Shown in pieces: positions 18,655-28,739 of a DNA stretch of 64,000 nt. The stretch is from Desulfovibrio sp. UBA6121. GTDB lineage: Bacteria > Desulfobacterota > Desulfovibrionia > Desulfovibrionales > Desulfovibrionaceae. The notes beneath the pieces are model-generated. The model had not been told where the DNA came from. It saw only the letters and a list, made by a program, of their open reading frames with translations, and did not search any database. The stretch spans positions 1,191 to 65,190 of the forward strand of contig DIVX01000141.1 of the NCBI GenBank assembly GCA_002422505.1, read 5' to 3'. Position 1 is the stretch's first letter. Every line of letters begins with the position of its first letter. A program made the translations under genes and the position numbers.

Positions 18655-20084
18655 CAGGCCTCCCGCGCGGCAGCGCCGCCTGTGCCGTTTGCGCCGATGC
18701 CGCGCCACGTGCGCCACAGGTGGGCCAGCAGCAGGGCCAGGGCCAGAAGCTGCCCGGCCAAGGCTTGCCCGCTCCAAACACCGCCCAAAACCAGCGCTGC
18801 GGCCCCGGCCATGGCTAGCGCAAGCGGCAGCAGGCCGCCCCAGGTGAAGAGCCCGATGAAGCGCTGGCACGCGCCAAGGGTCAGCACAGCCACAAAGGCC
18901 TTGGTGAGCACAATGGCCGCCACGGCTCCATCCAGCGGCGCGCCGGGGATGAGCAGCATGCACAGGGCTGCGTTGACGGCCAGCCCGGCGCTGAAGAACC
19001 AGAGCACCAGCTTTTGCCGCCCCATGCACAGCAGCAGGTAGTAGGCCAGGTTGTGCAGAAAGGAGATGAACAGGCATAGGGACAGCCAGGGCTGGATGCG
19101 CACGGCCTCGGCGTACTGGTTGCCGTAGGCCAGGGGGATGATGACGCCGCTGCCCGCCATGAAGACGAACATGATCGGCAGCGCCAAGGCCGCCATGGAG
19201 CGGGCCTGCTCGCGCGCCTTGGTCGTAAAGGCGCTGGGCGAGCTGACCCAGAGTTTGGCGAACAGCGGGAAAAGCACCCGTCCGAGCAGGATGTTCGAGG
19301 CCAGGGCCGCCACGCCGTCCACCAGTTGCCAGGTGGCGCTGTATTGGGCCACCGCCCAGGCTCCGCCGTGGCGCTGCAGAAAGAAGATGTTGATCTTGTT
19401 GTACAGAATGGCCGCCAGGGCCATGAGGGTGAAAATTCTCGTGTCGTTCCAGATGTCGCGGATGGTGCGCCATAGCGGCAGGTCCGAGGCGCGCCAGCAG
19501 CGGCGGAGCAGTTTGAGCGACACGGCAAGGCCCACCAGCGTCTGCACCGGCTTGAACAGCGCCGCCACCAGCGGCGGCGCGCCGGCCAACAGCGCCACCA
19601 GGCCGAACCCGTAGCCGCACAGGGCCGCAGCGCCACGCAGGCGCCCTTCCATGTCCTGTCGCCCCAGGGATTGGCAGACGACGTAGTAGGAGTTCACCAA
19701 GGCATCGAGCCCGAAGGACAGACCGATGATGAGCACCAGGGCCGTAAGCTCCCCGGCGTAACCCTGCCACAGGCAGAACCCGGCCATGCACAGGCTGCCC
19801 AGGATAAGCAACGCCCCTTTGAGCAGGGTAATTTGCCGGTACACCGTGCTTGGCGTGGCCACGCGCTTGACCAAAAGCAGAATGAAATGCTGGTTGATGC
19901 CGAATTCGGAGCAGAAGAGCAGGATCTGGCCCATGTTCATGGCCAGCATGAAGTTGCCGTAGGCGTCCACGGCGCTGCGGGCCAAAAGCAGCAGAAACAC
20001 GGCCTGCAGGCCGTCGCCCAGCCATTGCGCGGCCAGCAGCGTGGCCACGCGGCGCAGTATGCCTTGGCTCAGGGGTGAACTCAT
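18654..20084 (-). CDS. Oligosaccharide flippase (Wzx/MOP family)
   Basis: Many TM segments, with YGNF.LA, EFGIN, ILYNKINIFFL, VAQYS, LFPLFAK and LIP..GAVAA. Confidence 0.88.
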   Translation of the reverse strand: MSSPLSQGILRRVATLLAAQWLGDGLQAVFLLLLARSAVDAYGNFMLAMNMGQILLFCSEFGINQHFILLLVKRVATPSTVYRQITLLKGALLILGSLCMAGFCLWQGYAGELTALVLIIGLSFGLDALVNSYYVVCQSLGRQDMEGRLRGAAALCGYGFGLVALLAGAPPLVAALFKPVQTLVGLAVSLKLLRRCWRASDLPLWRTIRDIWNDTRIFTLMALAAILYNKINIFFLQRHGGAWAVAQYSATWQLVDGVAALASNILLGRVLFPLFAKLWVSSPSAFTTKAREQARSMAALALPIMFVFMAGSGVIIPLAYGNQYAEAVRIQPWLSLCLFISFLHNLAYYLLLCMGRQKLVLWFFSAGLAVNAALCMLLIPGAPLDGAVAAIVLTKAFVAVLTLGACQRFIGLFTWGGLLPLALAMAGAAALVLGGVWSGQALAGQLLALALLLAHLWRTWRGIGANGTGGAAAREA

Positions 20085-21223
20085 CCCGCTGCTCTCTGCC
20101 CGGACGCGGCCAGGAGTCGGTCTGCGGCGGCCAGCACGGCCTCCACCGTGATATCCGCCATACAGCCGCCATGCTCGCAGCCGTACTCGAAGCCCAGGTG
20201 CAGGCAGGGGGCGCAGCCGCGCGGCGATTGCAGGGCCTCGCCGCGGCCCGGCTGCGTCACCGCGCCCCAGCGCGCAACGGAAACCGGACCGTTGAGGGAG
20301 ATCAGGGGCGTTCCCATAGCCGCAGCCAAATGCATAATGCCCGTGTTCACCGACACGACCAGCGCCGCGTGGGCGAGCAGGAGTGCGGTGGGTTCCACCC
20401 GTACGCCGGAAAGGTTCGTCGCGTTTGCTCCATTGGCCTTGATCAGATTGACCAAACGCTGATTGCCTTCGGTGTCGGCTGGGGCGCCGGAAATAAGCAC
20501 GGCCAAGCCGCAGGCGCACAGCCCGGCCGCCACTTCGGCCCAGTGCTCCAGAGGCCATTGCTTCATGTGCGAGCGGTAGCCGCCGGGGAAGGGGTGAAGC
20601 ACCGCATAGGGTTGGTCGGGGAGCGCCTTGCCGGGAAGCCCGGCCAGAGCGCCCGGCAATGGAGAGAGTTTAGGAAGCGCCCGCTCTTGCGTGCCCAGCA
20701 GCGCGACCAGGGCGCGGAAGTTCTCCAACTCGTGGCGTGTGCGCAAATGGGGCACTGCTGCATCATACACATAGTGGCGGTGCTGGCCGGGGCTCTTGAA
20801 GCCCGCCTTGAAGCTTGCCCGCGCCGCGAAGCTCAGCAGCGCGTTGAGCCGGGGCCACTGGCCGGAGTCCAGCCAGGCATCGAACAGGCCGCAGGCCCGC
20901 ACCAGGCGGACCGCCTCCCAGGGGCGCTTCACCGGCAGCACCACAACCTGCGCCACACCTGGAATCATGCGCGCTATTTCCTGGTTCGGGCGGCTGCAGA
21001 ACACGGTCAGCTGCGGCTGCGGCCGCAGGGCGAGAAGCTCCGCCAGCGGTCCGCTCAACAGCACCAGGTCGCCGATGCAGCCCAGGCACAAAACGCCCAC
21101 GCGGCGCAGGGCGGCGGGCGGCGCTTGGCGCTTGCGGCGCGCCAGCCCGGCCAGCAGCACAAGCGGCACGCCCGCCCATCTGTCGAGCAGGCGCAGGACC
21201 GTATTGCCGCGCTCCCCGGCCAT
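20081..21223 (-). CDS. Glycosyltransferase family 9 (heptosyltransferase-like)
   Basis: IGDLVL, LHP..G...KQWP..HW and VSVNTGIMHLAAAMGTPLISLNGP...RWG. Confidence 0.9.
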   Translation of the reverse strand: MAGERGNTVLRLLDRWAGVPLVLLAGLARRKRQAPPAALRRVGVLCLGCIGDLVLLSGPLAELLALRPQPQLTVFCSRPNQEIARMIPGVAQVVVLPVKRPWEAVRLVRACGLFDAWLDSGQWPRLNALLSFAARASFKAGFKSPGQHRHYVYDAAVPHLRTRHELENFRALVALLGTQERALPKLSPLPGALAGLPGKALPDQPYAVLHPFPGGYRSHMKQWPLEHWAEVAAGLCACGLAVLISGAPADTEGNQRLVNLIKANGANATNLSGVRVEPTALLLAHAALVVSVNTGIMHLAAAMGTPLISLNGPVSVARWGAVTQPGRGEALQSPRGCAPCLHLGFEYGCEHGGCMADITVEAVLAAADRLLAASGQRAAG

Positions 21224-21227
21224 GGCG

Positions 21228-22007
21228 CTAAACGTTCCCGGCGGCGCGGCGGGCGCGCCCTTCCTTCAGGGGGGCGAAGAGCGGGCTTTGGCATAGGCCC
21301 GTGCGCTGCAGGAAAAGCGCGGTGGAAACCCCCAGCACGCCCAGGCCGTAGCGCACGGAGTTGCGGAAGCTGATGGAGGAGGAGTCGTCGGCGTAGCGGG
21401 TGGGGCAGGTTATTTCGCCTACGCGGAAGCCCGCGTAAAGGATTTGAGCCAGGAACTGGTTGTCGAAGATGAAGTTGTCGCTGTTGTTCTGGAAGTCGAT
21501 GGCGCTGAGGACCTGACGCGAATAAGCCCTGTAGCCGGTATGATACTCGGAGAGTTTGTGCCCGCCCAGCAGGTTCTGCAGCAGGGTGAGGGCGCGGTTG
21601 CTGGCATATTTGTACAGGGGCATGCCGCCAAGAAGCGCGCCGTTGGACAGGATGCGCGAGCCGAGCATGCAGTCGAACACGCCGCGCGCAATGGGCGAAA
21701 CCATGGCCTCCACCAGTCGCGGAGTATACTGGTAGTCGGGGTGCAGCATGATGATGATGTCTGCGCCGAGGTCCAGCGCAGCGCTGTAGCAGGTCTTCTG
21801 GTTGCCGCCGTAGCCGGTGTTGCGCTCATGGGCAATGGTGCGGATGCCGAGTTCCTGCGCTACGGCCACGGTGTCGTCCGGGCTGGCGTCATCCACCAGC
21901 AGCACCTCGTCCACAATGTTGTGTGGAATCTCTGCGTAGGTCTTGCTCACGGTTTTTGCCGCGTTGTACGCGGGCATGACGAGCACTATTTTCTTGTCGT
22001 CAATCAC
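21228..22007 (-). CDS. GT2 polyprenol-phosphate glycosyltransferase (DPM1-like)
   Basis: VMPAYNA, VDDASPD, GYGGNQKTCY, MLHPDYQY, LGSR and SEYHTGYRAY. Confidence 0.92.
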   Translation of the reverse strand: MIDDKKIVLVMPAYNAAKTVSKTYAEIPHNIVDEVLLVDDASPDDTVAVAQELGIRTIAHERNTGYGGNQKTCYSAALDLGADIIIMLHPDYQYTPRLVEAMVSPIARGVFDCMLGSRILSNGALLGGMPLYKYASNRALTLLQNLLGGHKLSEYHTGYRAYSRQVLSAIDFQNNSDNFIFDNQFLAQILYAGFRVGEITCPTRYADDSSSISFRNSVRYGLGVLGVSTALFLQRTGLCQSPLFAPLKEGRARRAAGNV

Positions 22008-22105
22008 TCAAGGCCTCCAGGCGTGGTGCGGTGCAATGGGCCCATGGGCAGGCAGCCGTGCACGCGGCCGAAGATATACACGGAGGAGACTTTGAAGGCC
22101 AGCAT

Positions 22106-23842
22106 TTATAGACCTTCCGCCCCGGCTTGCGTAAGGCCGGGCACAAAGAAGCGCGTATTGAGCTCGAAGCGCGAAACCTGGCGGCCAGGGTTGTTCAGGC
22201 TCAGGCCGTCCTCCGGCCCAAGGGGGCGCAGGGTGCGGCCATCTGCCGCAAGCACGAAGGCTTCAAGGGTCTGTCGTCCGGCAGGCAGGGCGTTCTCCGG
22301 CACAAACAGCTCGAAGCGTTCATCCGGCCCGATGAGCCCCATGGCCCGCGCCTTGCCTGCGGCCAGCACCAGCAGCGGGGCCCCAGCGTTGCCCGGCGCG
22401 GTTCCGCGCAGCAGAAAGCCCGGCACCCGGCCGGAAAGCAGCGTGTTGGACGCGGCGGTAAACGCTCCGGGCGTGCGCGTTCCTGGCGCGTAGTCCTCCG
22501 CCGGGGGCAGGCGGCGGTAGATTCCGGCGCGCTGCTCCAGGAACAGCGGCATGTTGGCGATGACAAAGGCCGGGTCCGGGAAGACCTCGCGCAGGTTCTG
22601 CGGTTGGGTAAGGCGGTAGAGCTCCTGCCGGGCCAGTTCCAGGCGCGGTGCGCGGTTGTGCAGCACCACGGCGGCCAGCACCGTGGATACGGCGAAAAGC
22701 GCAGCGCACAGGACGAAGCCCCGGGAGAGCCAGCGCCGCGCGCCTGCGTTCAGGCGGGTTTCAAGAAGGAACCACAGCGCGCAAAGGATCATCCAGAGCG
22801 GGCTGCTGAAGCTTGCGTAGCGGCTTTCCTGCGCCTGGCCCAGGCCGAAGCCGCCGCGCGCCGCCGCCGTGGCCCCTGCCGTGAGCAGGCTGAAGCAGGC
22901 AACGCACAGCCAGGGCGCCAGCGTGCGCAGCGTCTTGCCGCCATCATTGCGCCTGGTGCGCCACAGGGCCAGCTTGAGGACGCCGAGCGCCCCCAAGGCA
23001 AAAGCTCCGGCAAGCAGGGCCAGGGGTTGCAGGGTCCGGTCGCCCGCCAGGGCTCCGCCAAGATAGGTCAAGACATAGCCAACGAGCATGTGTGGGGCTT
23101 CCAGCGCCCGCAGGATGGACGGGTGGTGGCCGGGCTTCACGTAGCCGTGGAAGTAGGCGGCCCACACCAGCGCGCCGAAGCAGAGCCAAAGTCCGGTGGT
23201 CAGGGCTGCCCTGCTGCGTGCTGCGGGGGCGGCCTCCATGCGCCGCAGGGCGATGAGCGGCGCCAGGCAGGGCCAGTAAAAAAGCCCGTTGGCGAAGCTG
23301 AACGAGGCGGGAAGCCCCACGAGGGCCATGAGGGCGATGCGCTGGGCGCTGAGCCGCGCGCCGCCGGTCGCCAGACATGCTCCAGCCCAGATGCTGAGGA
23401 CGGGCAAAAGTACCGAGGTGTTGATGCCCACGCTGAAGGTTTCCCACTGCAGGAGCGAGAAGCCGAGGGCCGAGAAGAGGGCCAGAGGGCGGCGGTCGGC
23501 GGCGCTCCAGCCAGAGCGCAGCAAGAGCCGCCAGGCGAGCAGCACGCAGCCTGCGGCCATGAGGAAGGTGCAGGCGAGTTCCGGCCAGCGCGCTAGGCGG
23601 AACCAAGGGAAGAAGGCGAGGCCGAGCACCCGCACTATGGCGCTGCGTTGCTCGTTGTTCTGCAGAATGATGTCGGCCGGTCCCAGGCTTCCGGCCTGTA
23701 GTTTGCGCAGCACGTCTGTCCAGATGAGCCACTCGTCCCAGTTGAGGACGTCCACAGCCCAGAAGTACAGACACACCGCAAGCAATAGCGGGGGGATAAG
23801 CGGCGCCGCGCGCCACGAGAGGGCCTTGTTCAGCGCGTTCAT
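22106..23842 (-). CDS. Multi-TM membrane protein with C-terminal soluble domain (GT-C-like candidate)
   Basis: WDEW in the first loop, QNNEQR, SFANGL..WP and SRY.....P.W, with more than 10 hydrophobic segments. Confidence 0.7.
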   Translation of the reverse strand: MNALNKALSWRAAPLIPPLLLAVCLYFWAVDVLNWDEWLIWTDVLRKLQAGSLGPADIILQNNEQRSAIVRVLGLAFFPWFRLARWPELACTFLMAAGCVLLAWRLLLRSGWSAADRRPLALFSALGFSLLQWETFSVGINTSVLLPVLSIWAGACLATGGARLSAQRIALMALVGLPASFSFANGLFYWPCLAPLIALRRMEAAPAARSRAALTTGLWLCFGALVWAAYFHGYVKPGHHPSILRALEAPHMLVGYVLTYLGGALAGDRTLQPLALLAGAFALGALGVLKLALWRTRRNDGGKTLRTLAPWLCVACFSLLTAGATAAARGGFGLGQAQESRYASFSSPLWMILCALWFLLETRLNAGARRWLSRGFVLCAALFAVSTVLAAVVLHNRAPRLELARQELYRLTQPQNLREVFPDPAFVIANMPLFLEQRAGIYRRLPPAEDYAPGTRTPGAFTAASNTLLSGRVPGFLLRGTAPGNAGAPLLVLAAGKARAMGLIGPDERFELFVPENALPAGRQTLEAFVLAADGRTLRPLGPEDGLSLNNPGRQVSRFELNTRFFVPGLTQAGAEGL

Positions 23843-24051
23843 GTCTGTCTCGAATGCCTGCGGCTCGGCGGAGTTCTCGTGCGGAGGAAGTTGGCCCTTG
23901 CCTTTAAGACGGGCAAACGGTATGAGTTCATTAGTATTATTCGGCCCTAGAGTAAAGCGCGAAGACGGCGCGCCTTCTCGAGTTCCTGGCTCCCCCGGCC
24001 GGGTGCGCGCCGGTTCATCCTCCGCCAACGCTTTTCGCAGGGATTGACGCC

Positions 24052-25266
24052 ATGAACAAGACGAGTGCGATCTCACCGGTCGCCATGATGAAGCTGTTCT
24101 GGAAACATGCCCGCCACCCCTGGATTTTACGGCGCTTGGCCGCCCTGCAGGGGGAGAAGTGGATGTTCAACGCCTTTGGCCCGGGGGGAACGCAAGGCCA
24201 GGCCGACCGCATCCGTCAGTTCAGCATGCGCATTACCGATGTCTGCAATTTGCGTTGCATCATGTGCGGCCAGTGGGGTGAAAACGGCTTCCTGGCCAAG
24301 CAGAACATAGCGGAACTCAAGAAGAACGAGGTCAGACCGGAGCGCTATATTGAGCTGCTTACGGATTTGAAGCAGCACGGGCACACACCAACAGTGTATT
24401 TATGGGGTGGCGAGCCGACGCTGTACCAGGGCACCGTCGACATCATCCGCCATGCCGCCAGCCTGGGCATGCCCCCGGCCATAGCCACCAACGGCACAAA
24501 GCTCGCCTCCGTGGCCGAGGCCTTTGCCACCGCGCCTTTGTACCTCATGCAGGTGTCGATTGACGGCCACAACTCCGCCTTGCATAACGCCATTCGCCGC
24601 AGTCCAAGCGGCAGCGACACCTTCGGGGAGATCATGCACGGCCTGGAGGTGCTGCGGGAGGCCCGCGCCCGCGCAAACGGCGGTCTGCCCCTCATCGCCT
24701 CCCTCACCACTGTCTCGCGGGAGAACCACCAGCACCTGGTGGACATCTACGAACGTATTTCTCCCCACGCGGACATGCTGGTGTTCTATTTGTCGTGGTG
24801 GATAGACGAGCCCAGCGCCCAGCGCCACGAGGCGGACTATGAGCGCCGCTTTGGCGAGAAGCCCCAACTGCACCGGGGTTGGATAGGCGGCTGGCGGCCG
24901 GACGACTACGCCGTCATCGACGCCCAGCTGAAGGAATTGAACGCCCGCTCGCTGCGCAAGGGCCTGCCTCCGGCCATCATCATCCCCTCTGTGCTGGGGC
25001 AGGACAACCTGCGGGCCTACTACACGGACCACGACAACACCTTCGGCTTCAACCGCTGCATCAGCATCTACCAGGCCGTGGAGATCGACAGCAACGGCGA
25101 CATGTCGCCCTGCCGCGACTACCACGACTACATTGTGGGCAACGTGAAGGAGCACACAGTGCTTGAGCTGTGGAATTCCCCCCGGTACAAGGCCTTCCGC
25201 AAGAGCCTGACCAACGGGGGGCTCATGCCCGCCTGCACCCGCTGCTGCGGACTCATGGGCTACTGA
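24052..25266 (+). CDS. Radical SAM/SPASM-domain protein
   Basis: CNLRCIMC, WGGEP, TNG and SIDG, then C-terminal C...IDSNGDMSPCRD...GN...WNS...CTRCC. Confidence 0.92.
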   Translation: MNKTSAISPVAMMKLFWKHARHPWILRRLAALQGEKWMFNAFGPGGTQGQADRIRQFSMRITDVCNLRCIMCGQWGENGFLAKQNIAELKKNEVRPERYIELLTDLKQHGHTPTVYLWGGEPTLYQGTVDIIRHAASLGMPPAIATNGTKLASVAEAFATAPLYLMQVSIDGHNSALHNAIRRSPSGSDTFGEIMHGLEVLREARARANGGLPLIASLTTVSRENHQHLVDIYERISPHADMLVFYLSWWIDEPSAQRHEADYERRFGEKPQLHRGWIGGWRPDDYAVIDAQLKELNARSLRKGLPPAIIIPSVLGQDNLRAYYTDHDNTFGFNRCISIYQAVEIDSNGDMSPCRDYHDYIVGNVKEHTVLELWNSPRYKAFRKSLTNGGLMPACTRCCGLMGY

Positions 25267-25274
25267 GGCCCCCC

Positions 25275-26309
25275 GTGGCGCGCATAGCCTGGGGCATCAT
25301 GGGCGACTCGCGCGGGCATTTGACCCGCGCCCTGGTCATGGCCGAGGCCCTGCGCGGGCACGAGCTGCTGTTCGTCGGCGGCGGCTGCGTGGAGGAACTG
25401 GCCGCCTTGGGCCACCGGGTGCTCAAGGTGCCCATGCTCACCACTTTCATCCGAGACGGGCGCGTGCGGCTGGCCGCAACAGCGGGCCAGTGCCTTGGCG
25501 CAATCCTTGGGGAAGGGCGGGTGCGTCGGCGCCTTATCCGCGAACTGGAAGCCTTCGGGGCGGACTGCGCCGTGAGCGATTACGAATACTTCTTGCCGCG
25601 TGCGGCCCGGACCATGGGCCTGCCGTCCTTGAGCTTCGACCATCAACATGTTTTGACCAAGTGCCGCGTGGAGAATCCCCCTGGCCTGGTCTTGCCCGGC
25701 ATGACCATGCGCGCCGTGGTGCGCAACCTCTTCAGCGTGCCGGAGCGCTCTTTCGTCCTTTCCTTCTTTCATGCCGAGCCGCGCACGCCAGACACCCGTC
25801 TGCTGCCGCCCATCCTGCGGCCGGATGTCGTCGCCCTGCGGCCTCGGGCCGGGGAGCACATACTGGCCTACTTTCGGGCTGGGCTGCCTGCGGGCTTGCT
25901 GGAGGCGTTGGAGACGACGGGCCGGGAGATCCGGCTGTATGGGCAGGGCCAGGGACCGGGGCGGGGGCGGGTGCGGCTGTGCGCCGGGGGCCGCCAGGCT
26001 TTTTTGGATGACCTGGCAGGCTGCGCATACGTGGCCGCAACGGGCGGGCACAACCTCATCTGCGAGGCCCTGCATTTGGGCAAGCCGCTTCTGGCGGCCA
26101 TGCCGATGTTCTTTGAGCAGGATGTGAACGCCTGGAACCTGCGGCGCATGGGCTGCGGCGAGAGTGGGCACCTGGAGCCTTCGCCCGCGCGGCTTGTGCG
26201 CAGTTTCGAGACGCGGCGGGAGGAGTTCGCCGCCGCCGCCGCGCGCTGCAATGTGAATGGCAACGCAGAGGTGCTTGCCGCGCTGACCGGGTTTATTTCG
26301 GGGCGCTGA
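25275..26309 (+). CDS. GT-B glycosyltransferase (MJ1255/VC2487 family-like)
   Basis: WGIMGDSRGHLTRA, SDYE, DHQH and GGHNLICEALHLGKP...FEQ.VNA. Confidence 0.85.
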   Translation: MARIAWGIMGDSRGHLTRALVMAEALRGHELLFVGGGCVEELAALGHRVLKVPMLTTFIRDGRVRLAATAGQCLGAILGEGRVRRRLIRELEAFGADCAVSDYEYFLPRAARTMGLPSLSFDHQHVLTKCRVENPPGLVLPGMTMRAVVRNLFSVPERSFVLSFFHAEPRTPDTRLLPPILRPDVVALRPRAGEHILAYFRAGLPAGLLEALETTGREIRLYGQGQGPGRGRVRLCAGGRQAFLDDLAGCAYVAATGGHNLICEALHLGKPLLAAMPMFFEQDVNAWNLRRMGCGESGHLEPSPARLVRSFETRREEFAAAAARCNVNGNAEVLAALTGFISGR

Positions 26310-27354
26310 CCGGCTGACCCGCCTGCTGTGTTGCGGCCTTCTGCGGGGCAGGCTGCGGGGCAGGCTGAACTGGCTGGGGGGCCGGCTGGGGGGCCGGTTC
26401 GTCCGCAGGCTTGGCCTTGAAGGTCACCCGCACCTTGTTGCCATCGCGGATGGCCAGGTCCGGGTTGGGCACGGTGAGTTCGAAGATGTAGTAAGAAGGT
26501 GCGGCGAGGCTGTTGTCCTGCGCCGCCCACGATACGGACGTAAGCTTGGCCTCCATGGGGGGGGCGTTGGACGAATCCAGGCTGATGCTGGCGGTTTCGC
26601 CGGATTTGAGCCTGTCTCTTTCGCTTTCGTGCACCTGTCCGCGAATGACCATGGGGTCCATGACCCCCAGCGTCATGACCTTGCCGCCAATGGTCGCTCC
26701 GGGGGTGACCGAGGTTTCGACGCCGATGATGTGGCCGTCTTGCGGGGCGCGTACGATGAGGAAGCGCGGCTGCGAGCCCGAAGTGATCTTCTGCCCCAGC
26801 AGGTCGGACAGCACCTTGAGGTCCTCGCTGGCGGACCGCCGGGCATCGGCCAGGGTCTGCCGGGCGTTTTCAAGCTGGTTCAGTCCGAAGGTCTTCTGTT
26901 CCAGCAGCTCGGGCAGGGCGTTGCGCGGGGCCAGGTTGGCGGCCGTGAGCTTCTGCGTTTCTGCGATGCTGCGCTCCAACTGGTTCATCTTGAGTTCGTA
27001 CTGCTGGATCAGGAGCTCCTGGGTTTGAATTCCCGGGCCCTTGTTGGCGCGTTGCATCATGGCTGCTGCGTCGTTGGGCAAAAGCTCCATGCGCAGGAGC
27101 GGGTCGTCCTTCTTCACCGCCTGGCCCACATGCGCCAGCACTTCTGTCACCTTGGCCGCCATGGGCGTGTTGATGTTCATGGTGAGCGCGCAATACGCCC
27201 GGCCTTGCAGCACGAGGTCCTTTGCGGAGTTGGCCTTCGGCGCCGCAGGCGGGGCTGGCACGGCAAGCGTTTTGGGTCGCAGGTAGAACGCAGCGCCGAT
27301 GCCGATGAGCAGCACCAGCAGGGCGGCAACACTAATTTTTTTCCAGTTCCACAT
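26293..27354 (-). CDS. Periplasmic adaptor (MacA/HlyD family) with Pro/Gln-rich tail
   Basis: N-terminal TM, lipoyl-like VGQAVKKDDPL and VRAPQDGHI halves, a coiled coil and VHESE. Confidence 0.9.
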   Translation of the reverse strand: MWNWKKISVAALLVLLIGIGAAFYLRPKTLAVPAPPAAPKANSAKDLVLQGRAYCALTMNINTPMAAKVTEVLAHVGQAVKKDDPLLRMELLPNDAAAMMQRANKGPGIQTQELLIQQYELKMNQLERSIAETQKLTAANLAPRNALPELLEQKTFGLNQLENARQTLADARRSASEDLKVLSDLLGQKITSGSQPRFLIVRAPQDGHIIGVETSVTPGATIGGKVMTLGVMDPMVIRGQVHESERDRLKSGETASISLDSSNAPPMEAKLTSVSWAAQDNSLAAPSYYIFELTVPNPDLAIRDGNKVRVTFKAKPADEPAPQPAPQPVQPAPQPAPQKAATQQAGQPVSAPK

Positions 27355-28726
27355 ATCTCACCCGCACGTGCTCAGCTATCAGGCTTCCCGTGACGATCTT
27401 CATGTTGAGGCGAGCCTCGCTGAGAGTCTGCTGCGCCTTTATGGCCTCCAACTGCGCCCGTATCGCTGTTTCCCGGAAGCCGACAAGCGCATCGTAGGGC
27501 ACCGAACCAGCACTGTAGCTGATCTCCTTGCGCGTCACCTCGAGTCTTTGCAATGCCGCCTTGGTCTGGGCGATGGAGGCTGCCTCGGCGTTTGCATCCA
27601 GGGCAGCCCGCAGTTCCTCTGTGATTTGCTGAACTTTTTGCAGAAGCAGCTTTCCGGAGAGTTTTTCTTTCTGCACCTTCATCTTTGCCCGGTCAGTCGC
27701 ACGCAGGGTTTCGCCCCAGGCCCAGATGGGAACCGAGGCTTGAAGCGAGGCGTAATATGGCAGGTTGCCCTGCTGGTTGGACATGGGATCCGGGGTGCGG
27801 AAGCCGAAAGCAAATTTGGGGATGTGCATCGCCTGGGCCAGCATGACGTTGAAGGTCTCAAGCTTTTCGCGCAGCGTCTGGGCTTGCAGGCTTAAGTTTT
27901 GCTTCATGAGTCGCTCGGGATCAAGAGGCTGGTCGAACTCCTGGTTCGGCTCAATCTGCTCCTTGATCATCGCGGTGTTGAACGTCACCTTTTCCGCGCG
28001 GTCTAGGCCGATGAGTTGCTTGAGGGTCTGGAGGGTCAGTTCGCGCTTGCGAATGGCGCGGCTCAGCTCCAGGCGCGCAAGGGCAAGCCGTTGATCCGCC
28101 ATTTTGTGGTCCAGGGCCGAGATGGTGCCCGCATCAAGCTTGTTCCATGTGTACCGTACCAGGGCCTCCATCACTACAACCAGTTCCTTGCGGGCCGTTA
28201 TTTCTTCGTCAAGGCTGTTCACCTCGAGGAAGGCGTACCCGATCTTTTCAAGCATTTCCTGGATGGCGATGACGTGGAGCAACTCAGAGAGCTGCACGGA
28301 GAATTTGCTGGCATCGTGGCCGATATAGGCGGAGATGGGGTCGTACGGCCCGGTGGAAAAGCTGATGTTGATGCTTTCCTTGTAGGTTCTCTTGTTGTTC
28401 TCGTTATTCTGGATGACTGGGACGTCGTAGGTTGCGACGAGGTTGAGCTTGGGAAACATCCGGTACCAGACGTCCTTTTCATCGAGTTTGCTCACCTCGA
28501 TATCTATCTGGGTGGTGCGTAGCGTCTCGGAGCGCGCCAGGGCGATCTTCAACGCTTCCAGCATCCCCAGGGGGGCGTTCAGGTCCACCGGGGCGGAACC
28601 CATGGTTCTGAGCGTTATGGTGGTATCCGCCGCGCGTGCGGAAACCGGTGCGCCCAGCATACCGAAGCTGAGCGTAAGGATGGCGACGGCCAGGCCCCGC
28701 AGTAATCTGCTGTGTCTAGGTGGCAT
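27332..28726 (-). CDS. TolC family outer-membrane efflux protein
   Basis: Signal peptide, EALKIAL, P.LNL, VPIWAWG and Y.AG...Y..L in the duplicated OEP pattern. Confidence 0.88.
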   Translation of the reverse strand: MPPRHSRLLRGLAVAILTLSFGMLGAPVSARAADTTITLRTMGSAPVDLNAPLGMLEALKIALARSETLRTTQIDIEVSKLDEKDVWYRMFPKLNLVATYDVPVIQNNENNKRTYKESINISFSTGPYDPISAYIGHDASKFSVQLSELLHVIAIQEMLEKIGYAFLEVNSLDEEITARKELVVVMEALVRYTWNKLDAGTISALDHKMADQRLALARLELSRAIRKRELTLQTLKQLIGLDRAEKVTFNTAMIKEQIEPNQEFDQPLDPERLMKQNLSLQAQTLREKLETFNVMLAQAMHIPKFAFGFRTPDPMSNQQGNLPYYASLQASVPIWAWGETLRATDRAKMKVQKEKLSGKLLLQKVQQITEELRAALDANAEAASIAQTKAALQRLEVTRKEISYSAGSVPYDALVGFRETAIRAQLEAIKAQQTLSEARLNMKIVTGSLIAEHVRVRYVELEKN

Positions 28727-28739
28727 GTCGTTTACTCTC

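Noticed and set aside
17491-20172. 893-aa apparent fusion ORF
   Set aside because: The first ~506 aa are an alternative frame of the flippase gene. The GT starts at 18654.
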